Assembly: GCA_965208905.1 (NCBI GenBank)
Contig: OZ242365.1
Location: 992,001-1,056,000, forward strand
Direction of reading: 5' to 3'
DNA from: Nitrosopumilaceae archaeon
GTDB taxonomy: Archaea > Thermoproteota > Nitrososphaeria > Nitrososphaerales > Nitrosopumilaceae
Length of the DNA stretch: 64,000 bases
Under the pieces are notes generated by a model. The model saw nothing but the letters and a program-made list of their open reading frames with translations. It did not search any database and was not told where the DNA came from. Of the stretch, positions 43,141-54,359 are shown piece by piece. The position numbers were made by a program, and so were the translations under genes. How positions within the stretch are numbered: the first letter of the stretch is position 1; each line of letters starts with the position of its first letter.

Positions 43141-44092
43141 AGTTGGTGCGCTGCTCTATCATCATTAGTATGGTCAGCGCACCAGTTACAACTATTATAA
43201 TCTGTATGGTGCCAAAGAATGGTTGCTCAAAAGCCTCCGTTATGCCCCAGTCACCCACATGCGCCACAAAGTGACCATATGAGTATATGAAATAGTTTGT
43301 GGCCCAATGTATCAACAGCGCGCAGACAAAACCATACCTGTAGTAGACGTATCCTAGTATTATGCCAGCTATTGTGGCCTGTGCCAGCTTTGCAACGCCC
43401 CAGGAGTCATCTTGTATAATATGTGATACGCCAAATATGACACCTGTAATTACAACTATGATTATGGCCCTCTGCGCCTTATCATGTATGTGGAGATGGC
43501 GCGCCGGATGCCACAACGACTGTGCTATAAATTTGATGGAGACTCTGTGAGTATATGCGGCAAAGAGGGGTACTCCCACCAATATGACGCGATACAGAAT
43601 CTCTTCGGTGATGGGAGATGCCGTAATGAGATAGAACTGTACCAGATGGTTTCCAATATCTGGTGGTGTTATGGCTAATCCTGCATACCCTTGTAGCATA
43701 TCAATTACTGTTGATACCAGCACCAGTACGGCAAACCATGAAAGTGCATGAATCATATAATTGGCTGTATGTGTAATTCCAAACACTCTCTCTTTTAAGG
43801 ATGTCAAGATATCCCGGTCAGGGCCTAACAGGGCTACTGCAAAGAAGGCGACGTATATCGACCATAACAGAATAAAGAGATCTCCTAATTCTATAAATGA
43901 TGGCAGTACACTGTACGATTCAGCTCCAAATAATGCAATGTGTGATGCTGGTACCTGAAAAGTAATATTCTGGCCTATATTGCCGTCGAATACCACATAC
44001 GCTCCTAGAGGAAATGATACTGCCATCATGCCCAGTATTGTGGATATTAGTGCTGAGTGTGGTATGCCGAACGGTACACGTCTTCTCTCCAA
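43121..44092 (-). CDS. CPBP/Abi-family intramembrane glutamic endopeptidase
   Basis: PITEEILYR, FGVSH and HWATN. Confidence 0.85.
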   Translation of the reverse strand: MERRRVPFGIPHSALISTILGMMAVSFPLGAYVVFDGNIGQNITFQVPASHIALFGAESYSVLPSFIELGDLFILLWSIYVAFFAVALLGPDRDILTSLKERVFGITHTANYMIHALSWFAVLVLVSTVIDMLQGYAGLAITPPDIGNHLVQFYLITASPITEEILYRVILVGVPLFAAYTHRVSIKFIAQSLWHPARHLHIHDKAQRAIIIVVITGVIFGVSHIIQDDSWGVAKLAQATIAGIILGYVYYRYGFVCALLIHWATNYFIYSYGHFVAHVGDWGITEAFEQPFFGTIQIIIVVTGALTILMMIEQRTNFISRYR

Positions 44093-44096
44093 CTCT

Positions 44097-44405
44097 CTAA
44101 TGCAGCTCTATACTGCCATCTGGAAAGCCAAGGCCTATTAATGTCTCTTTTATGGTCTCTCGATGATCTCCTTGTAGAAATATGTAGCCATCCTTGGCAG
44201 TACCGCCACAGGCATACTTGCTTTTGAGTCCCTTTGCTACACTATCAACATTATTGGTCTTTGGGTCTATACCTTCAATCATTGTGCCCTTCTTCTTGAA
44301 ACGTCTAGTTTCTAGTCGAATTATGATTTTAGCCCCATCTCGAGCTAACTCTACACACGCACAAAGATCCTCGGGTAAGCCACACGTGTTGCAAATAACT
44401 GCCAT
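44097..44405 (-). CDS. Translation initiation factor aIF1 (SUI1 family)
   Basis: CGLPEDLCAC, LKSKYACGGT and LQGDH. Confidence 0.93.
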   Translation of the reverse strand: MAVICNTCGLPEDLCACVELARDGAKIIIRLETRRFKKKGTMIEGIDPKTNNVDSVAKGLKSKYACGGTAKDGYIFLQGDHRETIKETLIGLGFPDGSIELH

Positions 44406-44460
44406 TGATTCAATACACGTAGGCTTAACATGTTATTAAGCCTTAGGGAGATGGCGGGAT

Positions 44461-45506
44461 TGTCTATTGTGCGGAAATTAGTTCGCCCTAACTTTAGACT
44501 GCCAACCAAAGAATATTTTAGTCTATATAGATCACGCAAACCCATGAGAGTCAATCTGACACAGAAGCAGATAGATTATATCATTCGACAATGCAGGAAA
44601 GGTAGTAGTACATCACACATTGCTACAGAGATGAAGATTAGCCAGAGACGCGTACAACAACTCTGGGCAATGTATCGTGCAACGGGCAAGATTCCCACAC
44701 TACAAATGCCAGGCAGACCCAAGATTCCTCCCACCGAGGAGCAAACCAACGTCGTACTAGCAGCACATCGTATAATGCCAGCAGGCGTCACAAGGATCAC
44801 CAAGTACTTAAATCACAAGGGCATACAAATAAGTGAAAAAACGGTATACACAATCATGAAAGAAAACAATATGGTCACTCCATCTGCAGCAAAATCGCGC
44901 AGGCGTAAATGGATACGCTATGAGCGCAGATACTCCAATGCGATGTGGCATACGGACTGGCATGCGATGAAAGATCCACGTTTTCAAGGCTACCAATTAA
45001 TCACATATCTTGATGATGCGTCAAGATGTGTGGTTGGAGCCATGATATTCAAGGGGGCCACATCCGAGAACGCGGTAACAGTCCTGCAAAATAGCATTGT
45101 TGAGTTTGGAACCCCGGCCACCATACTCTCCGACAACGGATCGTGCTTTGTGGGTGTGAGAAGAAAGATTCCTGCAAAATCATGGACCCCCACTATATTT
45201 GAGGCAGAGCTGCTTGACCGGGGTATTGAGTTGATCAACACCCGCCCCTACCACCCACAAACAAACGGCAAGCTTGAACGGTTCCACCGCACCTTGGAAG
45301 AAGAACTATGTCATTTTGGCAGCCTAGCGGAGTTTGTCGCGTACTACAACGAGGTGCGACTGCACTGGTCTTTAGACATAAACAATGGCGAGACCCCGCT
45401 ACAGGCATTTCACAACAAAAAAGTACCAGATGATGTCAGGAAGAGTGACTTAGAATGGATGGAGAGGGACACCGATGACTAGGCGAAATAATTTCGACAT
45501 AATACA
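44461..45506 (+). mobile_element. IS481-family element, apparently intact
   Basis: TGT...ACA imperfect TIRs; 13-bp TSD GAGATGGCGGGAT (44448-44460 / 45507-45519). Confidence 0.9.
44544..45482 (+). CDS. IS481-family DDE transposase
   Basis: WHTDW, LDDASR, LSDNG and HPQTNGKLERFH. Confidence 0.92.
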   Translation: MRVNLTQKQIDYIIRQCRKGSSTSHIATEMKISQRRVQQLWAMYRATGKIPTLQMPGRPKIPPTEEQTNVVLAAHRIMPAGVTRITKYLNHKGIQISEKTVYTIMKENNMVTPSAAKSRRRKWIRYERRYSNAMWHTDWHAMKDPRFQGYQLITYLDDASRCVVGAMIFKGATSENAVTVLQNSIVEFGTPATILSDNGSCFVGVRRKIPAKSWTPTIFEAELLDRGIELINTRPYHPQTNGKLERFHRTLEEELCHFGSLAEFVAYYNEVRLHWSLDINNGETPLQAFHNKKVPDDVRKSDLEWMERDTDD

Positions 45507-45514
45507 GAGATGGC

Positions 45515-45854
45515 GGGATTGTTGCGTAATTCGATCCTGGCACCACTGAAGCCCAACCAATAGATTTTTTGATCGTTGATCCCTTACACTCGACAATGAA
45601 TAGATGACCGGACTATTGGAAATACTACCATCTGCATTATACTGGACAACCGCCGCCGGTTCGGCAAGATCCGGACCATCACCTGAAACATCAAGGTGCT
45701 GAACCGACTCAAGTGTGCTCGGATACGTGAGATGGATATGCCATCCTACGGCATGGTGTCATGTGCGTGACCGTACAAGTTAGTATGTTCCACCAATGAA
45801 ACCACGGCGGGGCACATGCGAAAACAAGATCAGATGGAGTTACGCAACAACCCC
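45515..45854. mobile_element. MITE/IS remnant with IS903-like TIRs
   Basis: TIR GGGATTGTTGCGTAATTC / GGGGTTGTTGCGTAACTC (16/18); internal IKVLNRLK..MPS resembles a transposase C-terminus; no TSD. Confidence 0.65.
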
Positions 45855-45877
45855 AACCTTGCGGTGAAGTTTTTATA

Positions 45878-46750
45878 TTGAGGCGTGTCCGTTTTGCTAA
45901 AATGGCTACTATGTACAAATCACACGGCAATCTTAACTCGTATCGAATTTATCTACGGCCAATGGCCAAGTGCAGATATGGTAACAGTACTTTAAAGAGT
46001 CTTAAACCACATCAAAAAAATGTGCTAAATATACTGCACATATTATTTATGTACGGTAGTGAAACCACATGGGCCATGGCCAAGACTAAGATGGGCAATA
46101 TCGAGAACATACGTACACAGGAAAAAGTCTTTAGACGCCTCATAGTAGGGAGGATGGACAGAAAGAAATACTCAGACGGTCTAGTGAATAACGGTTTGGT
46201 AGTAGCAGAAAAAGATCCCATAAAACCATACATGAAATACCGGCTGTCACTACACGGCATACTGTATAGTATTGATGCTCTTGACCCATTGCAGAAGTCC
46301 ATAGACCACATGACAACAAAGTATGTGCACATACTGCCGAAGGTGTTTGGAAAATGGGAAATGCTCAAGAGAATCCTGGGCGAGGATGTGTACAGTTTGA
46401 GAATACTCGCAAGTGGACTGTTTCTGAACAACATATATCTGGCAAATATGAGCGCCCCAGTTTATGAACTCATGTTGTTTCTTCACATAAAATACAAAGG
46501 CAGTTTTGAGATCATGTATGAGCATGATTTGGCTGAACAGATCTCGTATTGGTTCTACACGTTTTTGATGTACAAAGATATTGACAAGCTAAAAGCGATA
46601 TTGACCAATGACGACGACATTCGTGACTGGTACATAAAATTCATCCAGCAGGCAAAGTTGTATTATGATAATAGATTGCTTGCCATGAAAAACGTCAGTA
46701 ATACACTTGACATCAATATTCCAGATGTTGAGGTAAGTGAAAGTAAGTAA
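45878..46750 (+). CDS. Conserved hypothetical protein (possible winged helix)
   Basis: 290-aa ORF with YRLSLHGILY wing-like motif; start uncertain. Confidence 0.65.
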   Translation: MRRVRFAKMATMYKSHGNLNSYRIYLRPMAKCRYGNSTLKSLKPHQKNVLNILHILFMYGSETTWAMAKTKMGNIENIRTQEKVFRRLIVGRMDRKKYSDGLVNNGLVVAEKDPIKPYMKYRLSLHGILYSIDALDPLQKSIDHMTTKYVHILPKVFGKWEMLKRILGEDVYSLRILASGLFLNNIYLANMSAPVYELMLFLHIKYKGSFEIMYEHDLAEQISYWFYTFLMYKDIDKLKAILTNDDDIRDWYIKFIQQAKLYYDNRLLAMKNVSNTLDINIPDVEVSESK

Positions 46751-46824
46751 CTGTTAGGATTCTGACTTGCGCAATCGTTAGAGTCGAACCGGTAGTAGGA
46801 CACAAAAATTATTCTAGGCGGCAT

Positions 46825-47169
46825 TCAGATTAGTATCTTGTCCAGATCACTGAGGCCTATCGGCTTTATCAACAGTCCGGCTAGCGACTGTGACTTGGCG
46901 GCCTTGTATTTCTCATTGTCGAGGGAGTAGCCCGACATGAAGTATATCTTGGCATCTGCATATCGCTGTTTGAGACGGTTAAACACCTCGTACCCATCCA
47001 TGCCTGGCATATTTATATCCAACAACACGATGTCTGGCTCAAACTCCTCATACGTCGTCACAGACTCACGGCCATCTGTGACAGGGTTCACAGTATGCCC
47101 CTTCATAATAAGCATGAGATGCAAAGACTCTAAATAATCCAAGTCGTCATCTATTACAAGTATCTTCAT
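46825..47169 (-). CDS. Single-domain response regulator
   Basis: ILVIDDD, LLDINMPGMDG and KP. Confidence 0.93.
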   Translation of the reverse strand: MKILVIDDDLDYLESLHLMLIMKGHTVNPVTDGRESVTTYEEFEPDIVLLDINMPGMDGYEVFNRLKQRYADAKIYFMSGYSLDNEKYKAAKSQSLAGLLIKPIGLSDLDKILI

Positions 47170-47203
47170 TTTGGAACCTCGTCATACTTCATTGCATACT
47201 CAC

Positions 47204-48520
47204 CTAAACTCTGCGTACTACTCCCCCGGTATCTGTTGAGCTAAACGTCTGTGTTTTTGGAATGTATATGGAGAACAGCACTAATCCATTCTGATTCGAC
47301 GTCGTTATGCTCCCTTTGTGTAGTTTTACTATGTTCTTGCAGTATGTAAGTCCTAGCCCAGTACCATCTTTCTTGGTTGTAAACAACGGATCAAACATAT
47401 GTGGAAGAACATGTGAGGGTATGCTTGGACCTGAGTTCGCAAACTCCAGTATGACAGTGCCGTTCTTGTTACCAGTCTCAACATCTTCGTCACGAATACG
47501 GACGACTATGCGCCCTTGATTGTGTCCTATGGCCTGGACAGCATTACTCAACAGGTTGTAGAATACAAATTCCATCTTTTTGTTATCGCACTCTACGTTT
47601 ATGTTCTGATCGTCGTCGGGTATGTGTAGGTCGATATTCTTGGGCAGTGTTAACATATCCACTGCGTTGTGCAATATTTCCAACAACATAACTGAGTGCA
47701 GGTTGAGTGGGGTGTTGTTTACAAAGGTCAAGATGCTTTCGATCTGGTGCGATATACGCTTGATTGACCGCTCCATTCTTGCCGTCTCTTTGTTGAGTGG
47801 TGTGTCTAGATTAGATTTTTTGATCAATTCAACTGAATTGAGCAACGACCCAAGTGGGTTCCGTATGTTGTGTGCCATGGTGGCCGAAAATTTACCAAGA
47901 ACCTCAAATCGCTCCATTTGTACAGTCTTGTCTACATATGATCGAGTGATGCGCCGTACTAGAAATGTAATGAACGTCAACACTGTAATGTTAGCGATAC
48001 CAAGAAGTATCAGAAGTAATGAATTATGTGTAGTAATATCATTAAGGTGGGTACTAAGTTGTTCGTTCATGTTGTTTGCTATTTCAATTATCTTATTACC
48101 TAGTGTGTGTACCGACTCTACGTTATCATAAGTGAGGCCATTCTTTGAATTGATCATCTCTGTCAGCACAGTTGTGTATTGATCTACTACAACCCCCATC
48201 TCGTCCAACTCCGAATGCAGTCCCTGCGGCAGAGGTAGAATATCGTTCCCCCCCATAATGCTGCTATAGAGAAGTTCGGTGTTATGCTCTAACTCTTCAA
48301 TGGCAGTCTCAACATTCATGTGCATCTCACTTTCGTGAAATAGTGTACGGTACATCTCAAGCTGTACAGTGCTGGCTAGTAGCCGGTTCTTTCCTGTAAC
48401 GTCGATCAGTTTCCCATAAGAGGAATGTTGTAACTCGATGTGTGCTACAACAAGGAAGCTCGAGATGACCAAAATGGCTTGGACAAATATGAGTGATAGA
48501 ATCTTATGCAAAGCATTCAT
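47204..48520 (-). CDS. Membrane sensor histidine kinase
   Basis: Two TMs, AHNIRNPL H-box, NLLSNA, FTTK and GTGLGL. Confidence 0.92.
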   Translation of the reverse strand: MNALHKILSLIFVQAILVISSFLVVAHIELQHSSYGKLIDVTGKNRLLASTVQLEMYRTLFHESEMHMNVETAIEELEHNTELLYSSIMGGNDILPLPQGLHSELDEMGVVVDQYTTVLTEMINSKNGLTYDNVESVHTLGNKIIEIANNMNEQLSTHLNDITTHNSLLLILLGIANITVLTFITFLVRRITRSYVDKTVQMERFEVLGKFSATMAHNIRNPLGSLLNSVELIKKSNLDTPLNKETARMERSIKRISHQIESILTFVNNTPLNLHSVMLLEILHNAVDMLTLPKNIDLHIPDDDQNINVECDNKKMEFVFYNLLSNAVQAIGHNQGRIVVRIRDEDVETGNKNGTVILEFANSGPSIPSHVLPHMFDPLFTTKKDGTGLGLTYCKNIVKLHKGSITTSNQNGLVLFSIYIPKTQTFSSTDTGGVVRRV

Positions 48521-48590
48521 ACGTGCGCGTCAACCCCACCTTACTGAGTGCATGTACTCACATATACACTTTTAAATTGTATTGTATGGA

Positions 48591-48670
48591 GAGTTAGTGT
48601 CGTAACTCCTCCTGAACCAGCAAAAATTGGGCAAATTTTACGCCTAGAATTTAGGTTATGACACTAACTC
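48591..48670. mobile_element. 80-bp MITE
   Basis: TIR GAGTTAGTGTC(G/A)TAAC; 8-bp TSD TGTATGGA (48583-48590 / 48671-48678). Confidence 0.85.
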
Positions 48671-49571
48671 TGTATGGAAATCATGTCGCCTAGGCTTAGC
48701 TAAGAGAAGGTCACAGGAATACAACAAGCTATATAGATCAGGAGAATCGACGAAGACTGTGCTGACGGACAAGTCCATACACTACATCATCCGACAACTA
48801 GAGAATGGTAGAGATATTATGGTGGTGGCAGAGGAGATGAAAGTGTCACAACAGCACATCTAGCGGCTGTGGGCCGAATATTTCAAGACTAGAACGATAC
48901 ACATTCAGGGCCGAGTGGACGGCCCAAGGGCGCCGAACCCTCTAATACCTAGGCAAAAATGGTGCTGGACACGCACCGTCACTGGCCAGACGGAGTGCAG
49001 TTGACCGTAAAGAGGCTCCGGAGGACCGGATATAATATAGGTACACTAGAGTATATCGTATATTGAAGTCCAACGATATGGTCACCTCCTCCCCGGCAAA
49101 GTCAAGGCAGCGGAAATGAGTGCGGTATGAACGCCTCTACTCAAATGCCATGTGGCATGCCGCCTGGCATGCCGCCTGGCATGTCATGAAGGATCCTCGA
49201 ATGAAAGGAATGAACCTGATCACATATCTGTATGACGCTTCGCGGTGCGTCACCGGAGCTGCCCTCTTCAGGGAGGCCAACTCGAAGAATGCAGTGATGA
49301 TGCTGAGGCAGGCCATCAGCAGGTTCGGCGTACCGGCAACCATCCTATCTGACAACGGTTCCTGTTTTGTAGGTGCAAGAGGTCGCAAAAAGCCGAAGAA
49401 TTCTTGGATGCCGACATTGTTCGAGAACGAGCTGCCGTCCCTCAATATAAGCCTGATCAACTCAAAACCATGCCGCCCGCAGACCAACGGAAAACTGGAA
49501 CGATTCCACAGGGGTATTGAAGACGAGATATGGCGCTATGGCTGCCTGGACGACTACATCGAATAATACAA

Positions 49572-50681
49572 TAGTTGGGAGCATAAATAATCCTACACTC
49601 TATTAGAAATACATAAATGATCAAAATTACTAACTAATTATATGAATAACCAAACTAATGCCCAAAAAATAAAGGCTGCCCTAAAACAGACTAAGAGTGC
49701 GACACAGCACGCCCGTATCGTAGCCGTAAACATGGTGCGCATTAAAGGATATACCATCTCTGCGGCAGCGGATGTGCTTGGTGTCGATCGTAGCACCATA
49801 TATGATTGGCTTAATGCCTACGACCACAAAGGCCTGGATGGCCTCGCCGATGGTGCGAGGCCTGGCCGTCCATCTTTCGTACCGCGCCACACATTAGAGA
49901 ACATAATTAACGGTGTCAAGCGATTTACCGCCTACGGATTTGTTAAACTGGCTGAGAAAAAGACCGGCATAAAATACAGCGAATCACAAGCGCGCCGTAT
50001 CCTTAGGTCTCTTGGCTTCACTATACGGAAGACTCCCCGGATATCCGACCGAATTCCACCAAGGAAAGATCTCGAAATCTGGCAGAAAGACACCAAAAAG
50101 GAGGCAGAAATGTTTGAAAAGGACGGTTTTACACTCGTGATGGTAGACGAAAGCCACCAAAATTTAAGTATGTTTGGCAGCGGCGCAGTCTATACACGCG
50201 GTGATGCCATACCGGTACAAACGCCACTCGGCAACCAGCGCCAGACCATATACGGTGGCATCACGCTAGATGGGCAGACATGCTATATGGCCGCTAGCAA
50301 GGCCAACGACAGGTCCTTTATCAGATATTTGAACAAGACGAAAAAACGGTTCGGCAAGGTTGCCGTAATACTGGATAATGCTGCATATCACAACTCTAGC
50401 CGCGTAAAGCGATACTTGAAAAAGAATAGTGATTTCATCAAACTAATATTTCTGCCGCCGTACTCACCATTTCTGAATCCGGCCGAATGGCTGTGGCTCA
50501 ACGGCAAGGCAAGGATACGGCGGACTTTCAAGCGACCTGCCAAGAGATATTTCCGGAGGAAAATCATGCGGATATACGAGTCGCTGGAAATAAAGTTTGA
50601 TCCGCGCAGCATTCTGTTCAGAAATTTAGACAAAATCCTACCGGTGTAAAACTGGTGTCGGGTTATTTATGCACCTAACTA
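49572..50681 (+). mobile_element. IS630-family element
   Basis: TIR TAGTT(G/A)G(GA/GT)GCATAAATAA with terminal TA; encloses the transposase. Confidence 0.88.
49642..50649 (+). CDS. IS630-family transposase
   Basis: HTH, VDES, LDNAAYH and LPPYSPFLNPAEWLW. Confidence 0.93.
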   Translation: MNNQTNAQKIKAALKQTKSATQHARIVAVNMVRIKGYTISAAADVLGVDRSTIYDWLNAYDHKGLDGLADGARPGRPSFVPRHTLENIINGVKRFTAYGFVKLAEKKTGIKYSESQARRILRSLGFTIRKTPRISDRIPPRKDLEIWQKDTKKEAEMFEKDGFTLVMVDESHQNLSMFGSGAVYTRGDAIPVQTPLGNQRQTIYGGITLDGQTCYMAASKANDRSFIRYLNKTKKRFGKVAVILDNAAYHNSSRVKRYLKKNSDFIKLIFLPPYSPFLNPAEWLWLNGKARIRRTFKRPAKRYFRRKIMRIYESLEIKFDPRSILFRNLDKILPV

Positions 50682-50855
50682 AATACCGCCAGACTGCACT
50701 GGGCGCTGGACATAGACAACTATGAAACATCCATGATGGTGTTCTGCAACAAGACGACCATTAACTAGACACGGAAGCAGAATTCCAAGTGGATGGAGGC
50801 GGACATCAATGAGTGACAGCTACGACGTAGCGCGACATGATTTCTATACAATACA

Positions 50856-51555
50856 TGTACCTGAGCATATACATAAATTATTATGCTTGAAAAAATCATC
50901 TTCCGATATTATCACTGGTCAGAAGGGGATAAATGATTACCCTCATGGTGCTCTCATGACCGGCTCCCAAATAGTCATTAACTACTTAAACCGTCCGAGC
51001 TAACCTCACCGTCCGCCTCGTGATATATATATTTCAACACTCTCTTAAGAAGGTACATCCTCAGTAACCGTTTAACCTCCCCACAAATGAGTTCCTCCCG
51101 CAAGGCTGGATGGCGGCCCGAGACGAATCACGATGCCGCTAGACGCCCACTACATCCAATATGTGACAGAAGAAGGATGTTGATGGGATGGTACGCAACG
51201 GAATGCCCTGCGTTTGGACATGGTGAATTCACCCGTTGGTGTAGAAGAACCCGTTTTATGGTCCTTATAAGGGGGTTAAACGGTTACCATACTCAGCCCC
51301 TCTTGGTTTTCAGGTGTGATGTCTGACTGAATTTCGTTGTTCTACGCCTACAAAAGGAGAGGGTTGGGCATGTACCTTAAGTAGTGTCTCTTTTTTTGCC
51401 TACTTATCACCGCCGTTACACATGCTTGCATGCATGTTTAGTACTCACCCTAATTGATATTTGATATTTGTTATCCTGTTGCGGTATGCCTTTGCAGTCA
51501 TTTTACGGTTCTAGTGAATTCGTACTGATTTAATAATTCCCTCCTATCTTGGTCT
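50856..51555. repeat. Left arm of ~370-bp inverted repeat flanking IS481 element (interrupted by insertion 51050-51378)
   Basis: Near-identical reverse complement of 55453-55820. Confidence 0.9.
51050..51378. mobile_element. Nested MITE-like insertion
   Basis: Absent from the other repeat arm; ends AAGGTACAT/ATGTACCTT with AAG duplication; inner IR GTAACCGTTTAACC (51064 / 51288) and an IS6-like end GTTCCTCCCGCAAGG at 51091. Confidence 0.7.
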
Positions 51556-51629
51556 TGTTGTAGTATATGAAAATTATGGGAATTATATAGTTTGTAACAA
51601 ACGAATATAAGGCAGAATCCCCCCCCCGT

Positions 51630-52994
51630 ATGGCAGGCATTAAGAATAGAACCATATTCACAGGGGATAATCTAGAGATATTACGTGGCTTTCCAGACGA
51701 ATTTGTAGATTTGATATATCTAGACCCACCGTTTAACTCCAAACATAACTATGCCGCTCCAATAGGTTCAAAGGCAGCCGGGGCCGCATTCAAGGATACG
51801 TGGAATCTAAGTGATATTGACTTGGCATGGTGGGGCGAGATCCAATGTACGAGTCCAACTGTATACAAGGTGCTTGAGATGGCCCGTGCAACGGCGGGAA
51901 AGTCAGCAATGTCGTATTTGATTTACATGGCAATACGCATATTGGAGTTACATAGAGTTTGCAAATCAACAGGTTCATGTTATATTCACTGTGATTCGAC
52001 TATGTCCCACTATTTGAAGATGGTACTTGATGCAATATTTGGCATTAAGAATTTTCGCAATGAGATACTCTGGAAACGGTTTAGTGCGCATAATGATGGC
52101 CGAAGGTATGGCAAGGTAACTGATACTCTATTATTCTATGCTAAGACATGTACACATACATGGAATAGAGTTTATACTCCATACTCAGATGAATATATAC
52201 AATCAAGTTACCGCGATGAGGATGAACTGGGCCGTTACACGCATAGAGCCTTAACAGCAGAAGGGCTATCGGGGGGAGGGTATGAGTATGAATTTCATGG
52301 ACATCATCGTATTTGGAAGAGATCTTTGGAATCCATGCAGCGATTAGAAAGTGAAGGAAAAATACACTTTCCGAAAAAGAGTGGAGGTGTGCCTAGATAC
52401 AAGATATATCTTAAAGATGCTCTAGGCATACCTTTACAAAATATTTGGACAGACATACCCATTGTAGGCGGTAATGAAAAACTACATTACCCAACTCAAA
52501 AACCCCTCGCCCTACTGGAACGTATTATCAAAGCATCAAGTAATGAGGGGGATATTGTATTGGATCCATTTTGTGGATGTGCTACAGCTTTGAGCGCGGC
52601 AGAGAAGTTAGATCGGCAATGGATAGGTATAGACATATCTACAAAAGCGTATGATTTGCTCAAAGACCGTCTTGTCAGAGAGGCGGGCCTTGACAAGTAC
52701 ACTAAAGGGGCGGGTATACTAATACACCGCACCGACATTCCAATACGCAAGGGCAGGCGGTCTAAAGACATCAAAGACACTCTATACGGTAAACAGAGGG
52801 GGCGGTGCAATCTCTGCCCTCACTGGTTTGAGTACAGACAAATGGACGTGGATCATATCATACCCAAGTCCAAGGGTGGGGCAAATGATGATGCAAACTT
52901 ACAGTTGTTATGCAACAACTGTAACAAGATCAAGGGTAATCGCACTATGGCAGAGGCAAGGGCAATACTCAAAGAAAGAGGGCTTATCGAGTAA
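51630..52994 (+). CDS. N6/N4 DNA methyltransferase fused to C-terminal HNH endonuclease
   Basis: IYLDPPF, YPTQKP and VLDPFCGCAT; CNLC..DHIIPKSKGG..NLQLLCNNCN. Confidence 0.9.
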   Translation: MAGIKNRTIFTGDNLEILRGFPDEFVDLIYLDPPFNSKHNYAAPIGSKAAGAAFKDTWNLSDIDLAWWGEIQCTSPTVYKVLEMARATAGKSAMSYLIYMAIRILELHRVCKSTGSCYIHCDSTMSHYLKMVLDAIFGIKNFRNEILWKRFSAHNDGRRYGKVTDTLLFYAKTCTHTWNRVYTPYSDEYIQSSYRDEDELGRYTHRALTAEGLSGGGYEYEFHGHHRIWKRSLESMQRLESEGKIHFPKKSGGVPRYKIYLKDALGIPLQNIWTDIPIVGGNEKLHYPTQKPLALLERIIKASSNEGDIVLDPFCGCATALSAAEKLDRQWIGIDISTKAYDLLKDRLVREAGLDKYTKGAGILIHRTDIPIRKGRRSKDIKDTLYGKQRGRCNLCPHWFEYRQMDVDHIIPKSKGGANDDANLQLLCNNCNKIKGNRTMAEARAILKERGLIE

Positions 52995-53251
52995 TGGGGT
53001 TAAGGGAGTTGGGGGTATTAATTGGCTTAATTGTTGTAATGGTCATAGTGGCTATTTTAACTGCACTATGTGAATTTATGTCATCACAATCAAATTTAGA
53101 AGGTCTGTGGGCCGAGACTCATGAACGAAATTTATCAATTATCTGTTTTGTTGCTAACATGTTTAAGAATGACACAGCGGTGGAACAATCGCAAAATATT
53201 ATCACCATACAAAGGTATGATAACACACAAACCCACAATCAGTCTTGCTAA
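52994..53251 (+). CDS. Small hypothetical membrane protein (passenger)
   Basis: Start coupled to the MTase stop; N-terminal TM; overlaps an opposite-strand ORF. Confidence 0.35.
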   Translation: MGLRELGVLIGLIVVMVIVAILTALCEFMSSQSNLEGLWAETHERNLSIICFVANMFKNDTAVEQSQNIITIQRYDNTQTHNQSC

Positions 53252-53414
53252 ATCATCTTGCCACCACTCTATTTGTGACGGCCCGCCAATCTGAACTCCC
53301 AAGATAGGAATTGTTAGGAATAAACCTAAGGCCAATCCAAAAAATATTACTGGTTTGCGTATGGATGTTGATCCCATAATTAAGTTAAAGTTAAAGATCA
53401 AATAAGTGTTACTG

Positions 53415-54359
53415 TTATGCAATCAACGCTTCATAAGTAAGCCTCTTTCCCATCATACCTCTAACTAGACTTACCATCATGTCTATTGTGTCTAGATTCC
53501 GAATGTTTAGCCGTCCTGCAAACTCGTTAACATACCTGTGTAGATGCTTTGCCGATATGTGATGAAACGTGCCGTAATAGCCACGCTTTAACAAAGCCCA
53601 GAAAGACTCTATGCCGTTGGTATGCGCCATGCCGTTTACATATTGACTAACGGAATGGTTAACCGTTTCATGATTAGGTAGGTTTTGGTATGCCCTACTC
53701 TCGTCCGTATAATGGGTTGCTCCCGTCTTGGTGTTTTGTTCAATAAATTTACCAAGACGGGCAGCGGTTGTATCCGGTACGGGTTCGGCTCTGATGTTAC
53801 CTGTCTTTCTATCTTTGATTCCAACCACGGCGGTTTTGTTGGCGCCGCCTTGACTGTGTGGGGTTTTCTTGTCTGCATGCTTGTTGGATTCCTTGCCTCC
53901 GAAATATGCCTCGTCAATTTCGACTGGGCCTTCCATCTTGTCTGTACCTGCCAGTGTATGCCATGATTCACGTAACCTTTGTACCATGAACCATGCCGAC
54001 TTTTGGGTTATGCCCAAATCCCTATGCAGTTTCATTGAACTAATACCCTTAACGTTGGTCATGAACTGATATGTTGCAATGGCCCATTGTTGATATGTCA
54101 TATGGGATTGTTCCATGATTGTTCCTACCTTGACACTAAACCGCTTGTGGCAATTCCCCACACCTGCACAGTAATACGGCATCTTTTTGTACTTTGTTTT
54201 TTTGATGTTGGTATTACCACAAAACGGGCAGCATGGCTTATCGTCCCAAATTGTACGTTCAAACCACTTTTCGGCGGCATCATCATCAGGAAATATCTTG
54301 AATAGTTTTGCAAGCGTTATTCCTTCACGGTGACTTTTACCGGGTGCTTGTTGGCTCAT
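53415..54359 (-). CDS. IS1595-family DDE transposase, intact
   Basis: CPFC Zn ribbon, VEIDEAY, YTDE, TVNHS and HTNGIESFW..LKR. Confidence 0.93.
   Translation of the reverse strand: MSQQAPGKSHREGITLAKLFKIFPDDDAAEKWFERTIWDDKPCCPFCGNTNIKKTKYKKMPYYCAGVGNCHKRFSVKVGTIMEQSHMTYQQWAIATYQFMTNVKGISSMKLHRDLGITQKSAWFMVQRLRESWHTLAGTDKMEGPVEIDEAYFGGKESNKHADKKTPHSQGGANKTAVVGIKDRKTGNIRAEPVPDTTAARLGKFIEQNTKTGATHYTDESRAYQNLPNHETVNHSVSQYVNGMAHTNGIESFWALLKRGYYGTFHHISAKHLHRYVNEFAGRLNIRNLDTIDMMVSLVRGMMGKRLTYEALIA

Larger units (their letters stand above)
48578..50855 (+). mobile_element. Decayed IS481-family element interrupted by an 80-bp MITE and an IS630 element
   Basis: TIR TGTATTGTAT(G/A)GAAATCATGTCGC once the MITE is removed; transposase pieces ~48760-49570 and 50682-50815 contain stops. 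Confidence 0.85.
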